From Halarcobacter sp. (GTDB taxonomy: Bacteria; Campylobacterota; Campylobacteria; Campylobacterales; Arcobacteraceae), in NCBI GenBank assembly GCA_963676565.1, contig OY781089.1:2848001-2912000 (forward strand): DNA of 64,000 nucleotides, written 5' to 3'. This document shows positions 48,165 through 57,753 of the stretch, piece by piece (position 1 is the first letter of the stretch; the number at the start of each line of letters is the position of its first letter). The position numbers were made by a program, and so were the translations under genes. The notes below the pieces were generated by a model, which saw only the letters and a program-made list of their open reading frames with translations, was not told where the DNA came from and searched no databases.

Positions 48165-48998
48165 TTAAATATTAAAACTTTTCATAACTACATAGTTACT
48201 CTCGCCTGGATATCCTAATCCGTTAACCACACATTTGATACCATAATATGCTTCAAAATCATTTAGCTCGTGATTGTGCCCGTATACCCAAAACTTTGCA
48301 GTAGTTTCTTTAAGAAACTCTTCCCCTGAAAAAGAGAAAAAAGTATTAGTAACTTTTCCTCTAAAATGATGTGCAAAATGCTCATCTTTGGTCGAAGGAG
48401 ACACGTGTGTAACCATTACATCGCACTTTTTATATACAGACTTTATCTTTGGTAGTTCTATTTTATAAATATCATCAAAATTATCAATACCCTTCAAACT
48501 GTAAAAGTCATTTATACTCTGTTTCCAAACTTGGTTAATTGCTTCATGCGTATAATTTTGACCTTGTTTATATCTTTCAATGTAGCCATGGTTATACCAA
48601 GAATCAGCTCCGCCAAAACGTACTCCATCAATCTCAACAACATCCCCATTTAAACAATATAGTCCTTGCTCTTGATTTATTAATTTACGCATATTTTCTA
48701 CACGTTTAAATGAGTTTTTAAATTGAAGCTGCTGGTCATAATCTGACAAATAGTAGTCATGATTTCCAAGTACGCAGACTACATGTTGGTAATAGTGTTT
48801 CTTTAAATACTTTAAGACTCTAATAGACAAAAAGTTGTAATGGGAAATGTCACCTGCGATAATTAGCACTTTTCCAACCTGCCTATTGTTTTCAGTAATA
48901 ATAGGGTTAAATAATCTAAATATATCTTCGTCTTTGAGTCTATTATCAACCTCTAAATAAAAATCCAAATGTAGGTCTGATAAGTAATCTATTTGCAT
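48165..48998 (-). CDS. Calcineurin-like metallophosphoesterase, paralogue 1
   Basis: SDLH, AGDI, GNHD, THV and GHNH motifs; TTTACA-17-TATGAT promoter at 49019-49047. Confidence 0.92.
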   Translation of the reverse strand: MQIDYLSDLHLDFYLEVDNRLKDEDIFRLFNPIITENNRQVGKVLIIAGDISHYNFLSIRVLKYLKKHYYQHVVCVLGNHDYYLSDYDQQLQFKNSFKRVENMRKLINQEQGLYCLNGDVVEIDGVRFGGADSWYNHGYIERYKQGQNYTHEAINQVWKQSINDFYSLKGIDNFDDIYKIELPKIKSVYKKCDVMVTHVSPSTKDEHFAHHFRGKVTNTFFSFSGEEFLKETTAKFWVYGHNHELNDFEAYYGIKCVVNGLGYPGESNYVVMKSFNI

Positions 48999-49557
48999 TT
49001 TGCCCTACCTTTTCTCTTATCATATCAAATATAAAATCTCTTGTAAAGCCCAACAAATAGGCATTTTTACTTAGTTAAATATTAAATTTCTAATAAGAGT
49101 TTACATATACTAAGAAATATAAAAACATATTAATCAATAATAAAGGATAAAGCTGTTGAAATTAATTTTTTAAAATTTTCAACTTTTTAGAAATCCACAA
49201 ATGGAAGAAGAAAAAACTACTTTCTCTATCATCAAAATACCACTCTATTTTTAAGAATTCTGAAATTTGTGACTTTATAATTTTTTAAGGTTATACTATT
49301 AAAACAAAGAGTAAATATATTCCATTTTCTTTTAATGAGAATAATTCAGTTTTATTCTTTGATTTTAATTAAAAAGAGTAATGAAATCTTTTATTTGACG
49401 CTATATAGGGCTTTTAAAGCTTTTTTATTTTAATTTTTTCTGTTATTATTTCAATATAAAGATAAAAGATTTTAATATTTGTCTTTATCTTATAATTTAT
49501 TCCACCCCAAATCATGAGGATATACATGGCAGTGATTTTAGTGCCCTTTTTTAAAGA

Positions 49558-50316
49558 ATGAGTATGAATGAAAATGTTTTTTTGCAAAGTGATGCAAGCT
49601 ATGATAATAAGTCAAGAATTGCAGGCATTGCTGTTATAAATATGAATAATGGAGAGAAATACGCAACAACACTAACTAATATAAAATCCAGTATGGAAGC
49701 CGAGTTTATAGCATTAGTTTTTAGTGTTAAAATCGCTATGAAAATGGGGTACAAACATGCCGTCTTTGTTTATGATTGTCTAAGTTTAGATCTAACAAAT
49801 TTGAAATACTATATTCAAGATAAATTTGAAACATCACAATTCTTATGGTTAAAAAGAGAGTATATAAATGAAGCAGATGCCGAAGCTAAAAATGCTCTAT
49901 CAATAGCAAAAAGTTTACAAAAGTTAAATGTTTCAAAAAAGAAACTAACAGAAAAAAAATTAAAAAAATTAAATAGAAACAAACTTATTAGGGAATTCTC
50001 TTCTTACAGTTATAAGCAGATTATTCAAGCGAGCATGAGCATCGCTTCAAAAGATGAGAAAGAATTATTATCTATATTTTTAAAAGGAAATTATGATCTT
50101 TGTGTAATACCAAAACAAGAGATAAGGAAGGTTGATTTATATAAGTTTATTTATCAAATATTACCAGAAAAGAAAGAAGCTTTTTTAGCATTTATAAGCA
50201 TTTCAAATCAGAGCGTATTAACAAACAAATTTAAAGAAAGACTCCCTAATACTAAATTGGAAGAGAAAATTAACAAAATAATGAATAAATTAAAGAATCA
50301 GAAAAAGGCATCATAA
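49558..50316 (+). CDS. RNase H-like protein with basic C-terminal extension
   Basis: Catalytic-pattern residues SDAS, AEFIAL, VYDC and EAD (D-E-D-D) in the first ~115 aa. Confidence 0.65.
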   Translation: MSMNENVFLQSDASYDNKSRIAGIAVINMNNGEKYATTLTNIKSSMEAEFIALVFSVKIAMKMGYKHAVFVYDCLSLDLTNLKYYIQDKFETSQFLWLKREYINEADAEAKNALSIAKSLQKLNVSKKKLTEKKLKKLNRNKLIREFSSYSYKQIIQASMSIASKDEKELLSIFLKGNYDLCVIPKQEIRKVDLYKFIYQILPEKKEAFLAFISISNQSVLTNKFKERLPNTKLEEKINKIMNKLKNQKKAS

Positions 50317-50320
50317 CTAA

Positions 50321-51700
50321 ATGTTTATTTCAAGAAAAAAAGAACTAATAAAATTAGACTATATTTTATAAAGAGATGGTTCATCTTTAATTATACTTTA
50401 TGGAAGAAAAGGAGTTGGGAGACTACTCTTATAAAACAGTTTATTCAAAAAAACAGTCTCAAATCAATTATATTTACAGGAAATAAAAACTATAGCTACA
50501 CAAATCAAATACATATATTCATAAACCAGGTTTTTAAATTTGCAATTAGTGAAAATTTGGATTTGAAAAAAACCTATCCAAAATCTTGGCATGCTGCATT
50601 TCGATATTTAGAAGATCACTTGATTTTTGCAAAAGAGAAAGAAAAGATTGTACTTTTTTTTGATGAATTTCCTTGGTTTGATACAAAGAAAAGTAGTTTT
50701 CTTTCTGAATTTTCATACTTTTGGAATAGCTTTTGTGAAAAAAGAAAAAACTTAATTGTTATTGTATCGGGACCTGATGTTTCTTATATAATAAATAAAA
50801 TCTTAAGAAATAAAGGGTCTTTATATAATAGACACAATTTGCAAACTTATCTTGAACCATTTGATTTGATTGATAGTTCAAAGATACTAAAAGAAAATGA
50901 TACAAAACAGATTTTAAATATATATTCAGTTTTTGGAGGAATCCCTTTGTATCTTGAAAACATTGATTATAATTTGGTATTCAATGCTAATACTAAAAAA
51001 TTTGGTATTGAAAAAAACTCTTTACTGCAAGATGAATTTGATGAACTCTATAAAGCTTTATATCAAAAATCTAAAACACATAGGAAAATTATAGAGTTAC
51101 TTGTTTCAAGCTGGAGTGGATTTACTCAAAATCAAATCTTAAAAAGTTTAAATGTTGTTTCTTCAATTAGAAGAGTCTGGATTCATTAATTCATGTATGA
51201 AGTTCAATCAAGTTAAGAAAGATAGGAGATATAGAGTAATTGATAATTTCACCTACTTTTACAATAAACTACTTAAAAATAATAAAACTAAAAACTGGGT
51301 AGACATTATTAATGAGCCTTATTTTTTACAGTGGAAAGAATCTTCATTTAAAAATATATGTCTTCAAAATATTGACAGAATAAGAAAACTATTAGGAATC
51401 AATGGAATTGATACAACTGTTTATTATTGGACAGACCATTTAGATAATAATATAATAGATATTATACTTCTTCATGACATAACAAAGTATATAGATATCA
51501 TTGAATGTAAATATAATGATAGTATTTTTGAGATAGATAAAAATATTATAACTCTCTTTTAAGAAAGATCAATGCATTTGATGCCAGTACAAATAGTAAG
51601 TTTAACATTAGATTAGTATGTATTACAAGCTTTGGTATTGAAAGAAATATGTAATATAATGATTTACCAATTGTAGATTTTACATTTAATGACTTGTTAA
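50321..51700 (+). pseudogene. Degraded AAA ATPase (archaeal-ATPase/DUF234 type)
   Basis: MFISRKKEL.. then a premature TAA at 50369; frameshifted Walker A (GRKGVG/TTL); FFDEFPW, FGGIPLYL and IIECKY; further frameshifts near 51160 and 51545. End approximate. Confidence 0.8.
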
Positions 51701-52051
51701 ATAAAAAAAGAAGCCAATTCAAATCTAAAGAGTATCTTTTCACTAAAACTACCAACTAAATATATATAATATTGTTTTTTTCTATATTGGCGAGAAATCT
51801 GTAAAAAATAGGTAGATAATTCGCAGACTCAATTCAAGTGACTGGATCATGTACCTATTTTTTGATAAATAATGCGTAAAATCTATTGATTTTTAGAACA
51901 GTAATTGTCAATCATATTGCAATTACCTCCACCTATTCCCATAAGTGTGATTTTTGCCATAGAATTACCTAAATCAGGGTTTTGATCAATTTGTATATTT
52001 TCAGGATCAAAAGAGATTGTTGTTTATTCATATCTTTCATCATATTGCCTT

Positions 52052-52486
52052 TTAAAATGGTATATCTTCATCTTTTATGTCAATTTCAATATCTTTTCTA
52101 ACTCTTGCGGGTTCATATATTTTATTTGAAGGTTCCTCTTTTGAAGCTTCATTTGGAGTATTTCCTGAACCTAACATTTTCATAGTATCCACTCTTAAAG
52201 AGTGTTTAGTTCTATTAGTTCCATCTGTGGCAGTCCAAGACTCTAAAACTAATCTTCCTTCAAGTAAGACTTTTGAGCCTTTTTTTAGGTACTGATTAGC
52301 AACTTCTGCTGTTCTTCCAAATATATCAAAATCTAAAAAACAAGTCTCTTCTTTTTGTTCCCCTGTATTTGACTTATATTTATAACTTGTTGCTATTGCA
52401 GATTTTGCAACTACTGTATTGTTTTGAAGATATTTAAGTTCAATATCTCTTGTTAGATTCCCTACTAAAACTACTTTGTTATACAT
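52052..52486 (-). CDS. ssb: Single-stranded DNA-binding protein (island copy)
   Basis: MYNKVVLVGNLTRD, KGSKVLLEGRL and C-terminal EDIPF. Confidence 0.95.
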   Translation of the reverse strand: MYNKVVLVGNLTRDIELKYLQNNTVVAKSAIATSYKYKSNTGEQKEETCFLDFDIFGRTAEVANQYLKKGSKVLLEGRLVLESWTATDGTNRTKHSLRVDTMKMLGSGNTPNEASKEEPSNKIYEPARVRKDIEIDIKDEDIPF

Positions 52487-52503
52487 TTGAGCCCTTTTTA
52501 TTT

Positions 52504-52535
52504 ATTTTATTAAGATTTTTGACAACATAATGTCT
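52504..52535 (-). promoter_or_regulatory. AGACA box plus -10 (TAAAAT) upstream of ssb
   Basis: Minus strand AGACATTATGTTGTC; G of GACA is 25 nt from the -10 hexamer. Confidence 0.65.
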
Positions 52536-52536
52536 G

Positions 52537-53313
52537 TTAAATATCTTTTAAAAACTTTTTCATCTCTTCTTCACTTTTTGCAATTGCAAAATGTCCTGAA
52601 CTATGAACAAAATCCATATTTTTATTTTGTTTAAATGAATTAGCAACTAATTCAAATGAGCCTAATCTTTTTGAAGGTATTTTGACTTTCCAAGTAGAGT
52701 CTTCTTCATCTTCCCAAACTACTGCTTTTATATTAGGCATAGTTTTTCCATTTATATATGTGGTCCAATGTGGAGTAAATGTTTCAAGTTCTATAATATT
52801 TGGATTTGAATCAAAGTAAAAAGAGTTTTTAACTATTGCTTCTGCTTCTTTTAAATCTTCTTTCATCTCTTTCATAGAAGAAATAACAGTTACTACAAAG
52901 TCAACTGCTTTTTCAAATTGAATATCTTGTTGTTTATCATTTAATCCTCTTGAGTTAAAACATTTTATAAGTGAAGAGAATTCATACTCTTTTGCTTTTT
53001 GAATACCAACATCATGTTTATCAATTGAATCTATAAATTTTGAGATTTTAGGATATTCATTATTTAAACCAATATAATCCCATATAAGTCCTGCTGAGCT
53101 TTTGCCACCTTTATACTGGTGATGATCAAAATATTTTTTACCATCAAATTTTCTTCCAATATCAATTACCATATCATAGTTTGAAAAGTTTGTTGTATTA
53201 TGATCTACTCTATTTACTATTATATTTTCATCTGTAAATACTTTTAAAAGTGCAATTGCAGTTACTTCATCTGCATGCATTGATTTATTGTGGGTTGCTA
53301 TTAATTTACTCAT
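52537..53313 (-). CDS. MYG1-family exonuclease
   Basis: THNKSMHADEV, DIG, FDHHQ, SSAGLIW, IDKHDVG and FVHSSGH motifs. Confidence 0.88.
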   Translation of the reverse strand: MSKLIATHNKSMHADEVTAIALLKVFTDENIIVNRVDHNTTNFSNYDMVIDIGRKFDGKKYFDHHQYKGGKSSAGLIWDYIGLNNEYPKISKFIDSIDKHDVGIQKAKEYEFSSLIKCFNSRGLNDKQQDIQFEKAVDFVVTVISSMKEMKEDLKEAEAIVKNSFYFDSNPNIIELETFTPHWTTYINGKTMPNIKAVVWEDEEDSTWKVKIPSKRLGSFELVANSFKQNKNMDFVHSSGHFAIAKSEEEMKKFLKDI

Positions 53314-53326
53314 ATAATTCCTTCAA

Positions 53327-53599
53327 TTAATTCATAGTAGTAATTATTGAGATAACTACTTTTCCATTTCTTTCAAGTTCAAAGCCTTCTTTCCCGGCAA
53401 GATGAATCCAAGATTTGGAGTTATTTTTAAACTTATATAGCTTGTCACTTTCTTTCATGATTGATTTTAATTCTTCCCATTGATCATTTACAAATCCAAA
53501 AGGAATAGGCTCTGTACCTAATCTATTATCAAATATAAGATTTTCTTTTTCTGCTTGTTCAATTGAATATAGTTTTTTTGAATAGTTTTTATTCTGCAT
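53327..53599 (-). CDS. Hypothetical protein (90 aa)
   Basis: AGGAG RBS; PFGFVNDQW...SW..LAGKEG. Confidence 0.75.
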   Translation of the reverse strand: MQNKNYSKKLYSIEQAEKENLIFDNRLGTEPIPFGFVNDQWEELKSIMKESDKLYKFKNNSKSWIHLAGKEGFELERNGKVVISIITTMN

Positions 53600-53625
53600 T
53601 TAAATCTCCTAAATTATATGAAGAA

Positions 53626-53657
53626 ATTATAATTTAAGAGATAGACATATCATGTCT
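53626..53657 (-). promoter_or_regulatory. Palindromic AGACA-N5-TGTCT box plus -10 (TATAAT)
   Basis: AGACATGATATGTCT on the minus strand, 25-nt spacing to the -10. Confidence 0.72.
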
Positions 53658-53681
53658 TGTTTAGTTTTATTTGTAATATTT

Positions 53682-55109
53682 TTAAAGTTTCTCTATATAC
53701 TCTAATACGGTTTTACAATCTTTCTCATACTCTTCAATATCATAATCTTGGAAATCATCTCTATGCATTTTTTTGTTTCTTATTGAAGCTATCTTTCTTG
53801 TTTTTCTAATAATATATTCTGGTAACAACTCCTCTACAGAAGTTAATTTACTATGAAGACCTCTTCCTTTAGCTCCTAATTTTTCAAATATAGTTTCAAT
53901 CTTTTTTGTATAGTTTATTATCAAGTCAGTATCTAAAGCTTTTTTATTTTTTTCTAAAAACTTTTTTTTATCTTCTTCATATCTATTTTGTAGTTTTGTT
54001 TTGTCTTTTTCATAAACTCTAACCATTGCATCACTTAAAGTAAGAATCTCCCAATCATCTATTGCAAAATAGTCTTTATTGAAATTAGATACAACAGCAA
54101 CTTTTTTAGTAGGGGTTCTCCAGGCTAAATCAAGAACAATTTCTTTTCCTTTATTATTTACTACATATCCTACTTCAGGAAGCTTTATTTTATCATTGCT
54201 TCTTAATATATGAATATATCCATGCAATGCTAAATCTGAATACTTTATTACATCATCCCAAGTTCTGATATTGAGTTTACTTTGCTTTCTTCTTTGAATA
54301 TATATTTCATGTAATTGATCAATTGTTACCATAAGATGTCTATGGTTTGGTTCTTTTCTATGGCAATCTATACAAAGAGCTTTTAAGTTCTCAATCGAAT
54401 TATCTGTCCTTATTCCATTTATATGATGAGTATGCAATAACTTTTTATTATCAACAAAAGATGTATGACATCCTTCACATACATAACTTTTACTACTTCT
54501 ATAGTCTTTACTAACAATATCCCAATCTTTTGTATATTCAGATTTATATACTTTATTTAGTTTTGGAAGATGTCTAAATAGGGTACTATAATTTTCAAAA
54601 AATTCATCAATTTGGAATTCTTTAAAAACTTTCTGCTTATTGTTTTTGTAATTCTTATAGTTTAGTTTATCAAGACAATTTTTACATACTTGAAGATTAG
54701 CTACTCCATCTATATTTTTATTTTGTAACTTACTAAATCCATTAACATTGAATTCACCTGATAGATCGTTAGTTACTATATATCTATCAAACCTTTTTTT
54801 GCTTTTCATTTCTTCTAATGTTTTACAATCAGAAACATGAAACTTCCTTCCTAAAGAAGGGTTATCTAAAACATCATCAATTCTATACCCTTGATCAGGT
54901 ATATATAATAAGACTTGTCTACCTTTATAGCTTAATAGACCATTAAATTCATCAACATCATTAGGCTCAATTTCAATACCAGTAGTACTTAAAAGCTCAT
55001 CAATATCTAAGCCATCAAATGAAGTTTCACCTATATCAAAATCAATTTCTTCAGCACCCATTTTTTCTGCTGACTGAAAAAGTTCTGCAAAATCAATATT
55101 TAATTTCAT
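53682..55109 (-). CDS. zorE: Zorya type II effector HNH nuclease with C-terminal HEPN-like extension
   Basis: LSYKGRQVLLYI, KFHVSDCKTLEEM, VCKNCL and CEGC...HTHHING...DN..NL..LCIDCHRK; directly downstream of zorAB. Confidence 0.88.
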   Translation of the reverse strand: MKLNIDFAELFQSAEKMGAEEIDFDIGETSFDGLDIDELLSTTGIEIEPNDVDEFNGLLSYKGRQVLLYIPDQGYRIDDVLDNPSLGRKFHVSDCKTLEEMKSKKRFDRYIVTNDLSGEFNVNGFSKLQNKNIDGVANLQVCKNCLDKLNYKNYKNNKQKVFKEFQIDEFFENYSTLFRHLPKLNKVYKSEYTKDWDIVSKDYRSSKSYVCEGCHTSFVDNKKLLHTHHINGIRTDNSIENLKALCIDCHRKEPNHRHLMVTIDQLHEIYIQRRKQSKLNIRTWDDVIKYSDLALHGYIHILRSNDKIKLPEVGYVVNNKGKEIVLDLAWRTPTKKVAVVSNFNKDYFAIDDWEILTLSDAMVRVYEKDKTKLQNRYEEDKKKFLEKNKKALDTDLIINYTKKIETIFEKLGAKGRGLHSKLTSVEELLPEYIIRKTRKIASIRNKKMHRDDFQDYDIEEYEKDCKTVLEYIEKL

Positions 55110-55805
55110 CTAATTAATTTCCAAAATCTTTTTAATTTCAATGTCAGAGTTTGTAATCACTCTAAAGCTAACTCTTCTTGAAGCACTTTGATTCTCTTCC
55201 CCATTTTTAATCACAATTTTAGAAGAAGAGAAACCTACTGCTGCAATATGTTTTTTAATCCAGTCTTTATTTGATTTAATTTGATCTAATTTATAGACAT
55301 AATTTAAAACAGCTCTTGTTCTATCTTGCGATAATTCCATATTTTTAAAATATGCAAGATCTTCAGTTGCTTGAGAATTCCAATAACTACTTGTATGACC
55401 TTCAATTCTTATTTCATTTATTGAGTCTTTAAATTTTAATATAATTGACAAATATCTTGGAAAAAAATCAGCTAATATTTGCTTATATTTATTCTCTAAG
55501 TTTGATTTTCCATTTGCAAATAATGTATCAGGAGATTTAAAAGTAAAAGTTAAATCTTCTTTATTTAATTCTGCTTCCCATTTTTTTAAATCGTCTTTAA
55601 AAGCTTCATTTAATGCATCGTAAATTGCAACTTGATTTTCCTGATATGCAACTGCAACATCTTTAATTTTATCTCTTTCCACCATTGTATCTCTCATTAA
55701 TGCAATAGAGATAAACAGGAAAACCACCATTAGTCCTGCCATCAAGTCTGATACTGATAACCAGTCGTCTTCTGTCTTATTGTTATTAGATTTATTAAAA
55801 ACCAT
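55110..55805 (-). CDS. zorB: Zorya ZorB (MotB/OmpA-like)
   Basis: WLSVSDLMAGLM TM with conserved Asp; IRIEGHTS, NMELSQDR and SRRVSF. Confidence 0.92.
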   Translation of the reverse strand: MVFNKSNNNKTEDDWLSVSDLMAGLMVVFLFISIALMRDTMVERDKIKDVAVAYQENQVAIYDALNEAFKDDLKKWEAELNKEDLTFTFKSPDTLFANGKSNLENKYKQILADFFPRYLSIILKFKDSINEIRIEGHTSSYWNSQATEDLAYFKNMELSQDRTRAVLNYVYKLDQIKSNKDWIKKHIAAVGFSSSKIVIKNGEENQSASRRVSFRVITNSDIEIKKILEIN

Positions 55806-55810
55806 ATCTA

Positions 55811-57487
55811 TTACCTATGAGAATTTACAATTTGTTTCATTTCAGCAACAAGTTTTTGGTAGTCTCCTGTAAACTGGTTTGATATTCTTGCTAATGCAGT
55901 ACCCATTGCATTCATCACATTTTCAATCTCTTTTTCTGCAACTTTATCAATCATTTCTACTTGATTTTGAACAGATTCACCTGTTCTATTTAATGTTTGT
56001 TCAATAGTATGACTTAAGCTATCAACAACTTTTTGAACATGTTTCATTTGCTCATTTGCAAGTTCATCCATATTATTTTGTAGATTTGAACTTAGTTCTT
56101 TTAATCCTTTTTGAATATTTGAATTATTGTGAGTAAACTCTTCAAGTAATACTTTTCCTGTATCTTTGAACTCACTACTAATTTCTTTATTATTGCTAAT
56201 CATATCATTAATCATTTGTCTAATATGTTTATTAATATCTAATAATGCAGCTTCTAATTGTTCTTTTATATCTATACTATTTTTTGTTAAAGTATTAGAT
56301 GATTCAACTAAAGCTCCATTTGTTGCAGAAACATTGTGTGCAAATTCATCTGCACTTTGAACAATTGCAGAAGACATTTTCTCTGCTCCTGATGCTACTC
56401 CATCAATTAGCTCGATTGAAGCTTCTTGAATTCCTTTTATTGTTGTATCTATTTGATTTCTTATTTCTGGAACTGCCTCAACTGCTTTATCTTTAATTTC
56501 TTTAAATGCTTCAAGATGTCTATTTAATTCTTCTACTTGGTGTTGGTTTGTAGTGATTATAGTTTCTAATTCACCCATAGATTTTGGAATAGATTCTGTA
56601 TTTGTACTAATAGATTCAACAGATTTCTCCATTTGTCCCATTGTATTAACACTTAAATCAAATTGTGATTTCATTTCTCCTAATTGTACTTTATAATTTT
56701 CTTGCCAATCAACCAATTTATGTACTGCAGTGTTTAACTCTTTGAAATTCTCTCCAAACTGTTCTGTTAGTTTTTCATTAAAATCTTTTATTACTCCATT
56801 TAAAGCTTCTATTACTTGCTCTGTTGCAGACTTTGATAACATATCTGCAAAATCTTGTAATTTGATCCAAAGAGTATCTTGGAACTTTATAAAAGTCTCT
56901 TTTTGTTCATTACTGTTTTCTAATAACTTAGAGAAGTTTTCATTCATTAAAGATAATGTCTCATTAACTCTTTTATTGTTATCTAAAATATCAGACCTTA
57001 ATAATTTAACTTGACCTATCATACTTGATTCACTATTATCATTAAAAGATTTCTGTATAGCAATTAGACTTTCATTTTGTTCCCTCATTATTGCATACAT
57101 ATCTTCAACACCAATATCTTCCTGAATTTCAGTTTCTTTTTTTGAAAGTATATTTGTACTGTAAATAAATTTAAAAAGAATAGATGCTGCAATACCTACA
57201 ATACTTGTAATAAATGCAGTTTTTAATCCTTCTAATAAAAGAGGAATACTTTTGTCTATATCATTTGGATTAAAATCAAATAAACCTATAACAATACCTG
57301 TAAAGGTTCCCAATATTCCTACAGAGGTTAATAAACTTGGAACATAGTTTATAAATTTATGGTTTGAATCTTTTCTGATCCAAAGTAAAGCGAATATAAA
57401 AAGTCCTGCTATAATGTATGTATATATATCAGTAATTGTATCCGTTGATACACTTTTAAGTGATTGTTCTATGATAGATGAGATCAT
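55811..57487 (-). CDS. zorA: Zorya ZorA (MotA-like channel plus long coiled-coil tail)
   Basis: PSLLTSVGILGTFTGI...LLEGLKTAFITSIVG followed by ~440 aa of helical tail. Confidence 0.92.
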   Translation of the reverse strand: MISSIIEQSLKSVSTDTITDIYTYIIAGLFIFALLWIRKDSNHKFINYVPSLLTSVGILGTFTGIVIGLFDFNPNDIDKSIPLLLEGLKTAFITSIVGIAASILFKFIYSTNILSKKETEIQEDIGVEDMYAIMREQNESLIAIQKSFNDNSESSMIGQVKLLRSDILDNNKRVNETLSLMNENFSKLLENSNEQKETFIKFQDTLWIKLQDFADMLSKSATEQVIEALNGVIKDFNEKLTEQFGENFKELNTAVHKLVDWQENYKVQLGEMKSQFDLSVNTMGQMEKSVESISTNTESIPKSMGELETIITTNQHQVEELNRHLEAFKEIKDKAVEAVPEIRNQIDTTIKGIQEASIELIDGVASGAEKMSSAIVQSADEFAHNVSATNGALVESSNTLTKNSIDIKEQLEAALLDINKHIRQMINDMISNNKEISSEFKDTGKVLLEEFTHNNSNIQKGLKELSSNLQNNMDELANEQMKHVQKVVDSLSHTIEQTLNRTGESVQNQVEMIDKVAEKEIENVMNAMGTALARISNQFTGDYQKLVAEMKQIVNSHR

Positions 57488-57562
57488 ATTATTTGTCCTT
57501 CTAAAAATAATTTGATATTGTATCTAAACTGTATTTATAAATTGTCTTAATCATTATATTTT

Positions 57563-57691
57563 CTAAAGTTCTATTTTATAGTTTTTTCTTGAATAGACTT
57601 TTTTTGATTTGACAATACGAGTTATAGGATTAAATCCCCAAGTGATTCTTTTTTTAAGCTTTTTTGATTTTCTATTATTAGCTTTTCTCAT
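57563..57691 (-). CDS. 42-aa highly basic peptide (ArfA-like candidate)
   Basis: Hand-translated MRKANNRKIKKLKKRITWGFNPITRIVKSKKVYSRKNYKIEL; AGGAG RBS 7 nt upstream; own boxed promoter. Confidence 0.7.
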   Translation of the reverse strand: MRKANNRKSKKLKKRITWGFNPITRIVKSKKVYSRKNYKIEL

Positions 57692-57719
57692 AGTTACACT
57701 CCTAAAGTTTTTGTAAAGA

Positions 57720-57751
57720 AGTATAACTACTAAAAAGGTCACATTTTGTCT
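57720..57751 (-). promoter_or_regulatory. AGACA-N5-TGAC box plus -10 (TATACT)
   Basis: AGACAAAATGTGAC, 25-nt spacing to the -10. Confidence 0.68.
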
Positions 57752-57753
57752 AA

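Noticed and set aside
51546..52045. 69-aa minus ORF and broken reading frames downstream of ssb
   Set aside because: The ORF is antisense to the ATPase pseudogene tail; the rest looks like a decayed gene but could not be assigned to a family.
55110..57487. Flagellar MotAB or TolQR interpretation
   Set aside because: The long ZorA tail and the adjacent ZorE-type HNH gene identify Zorya type II.
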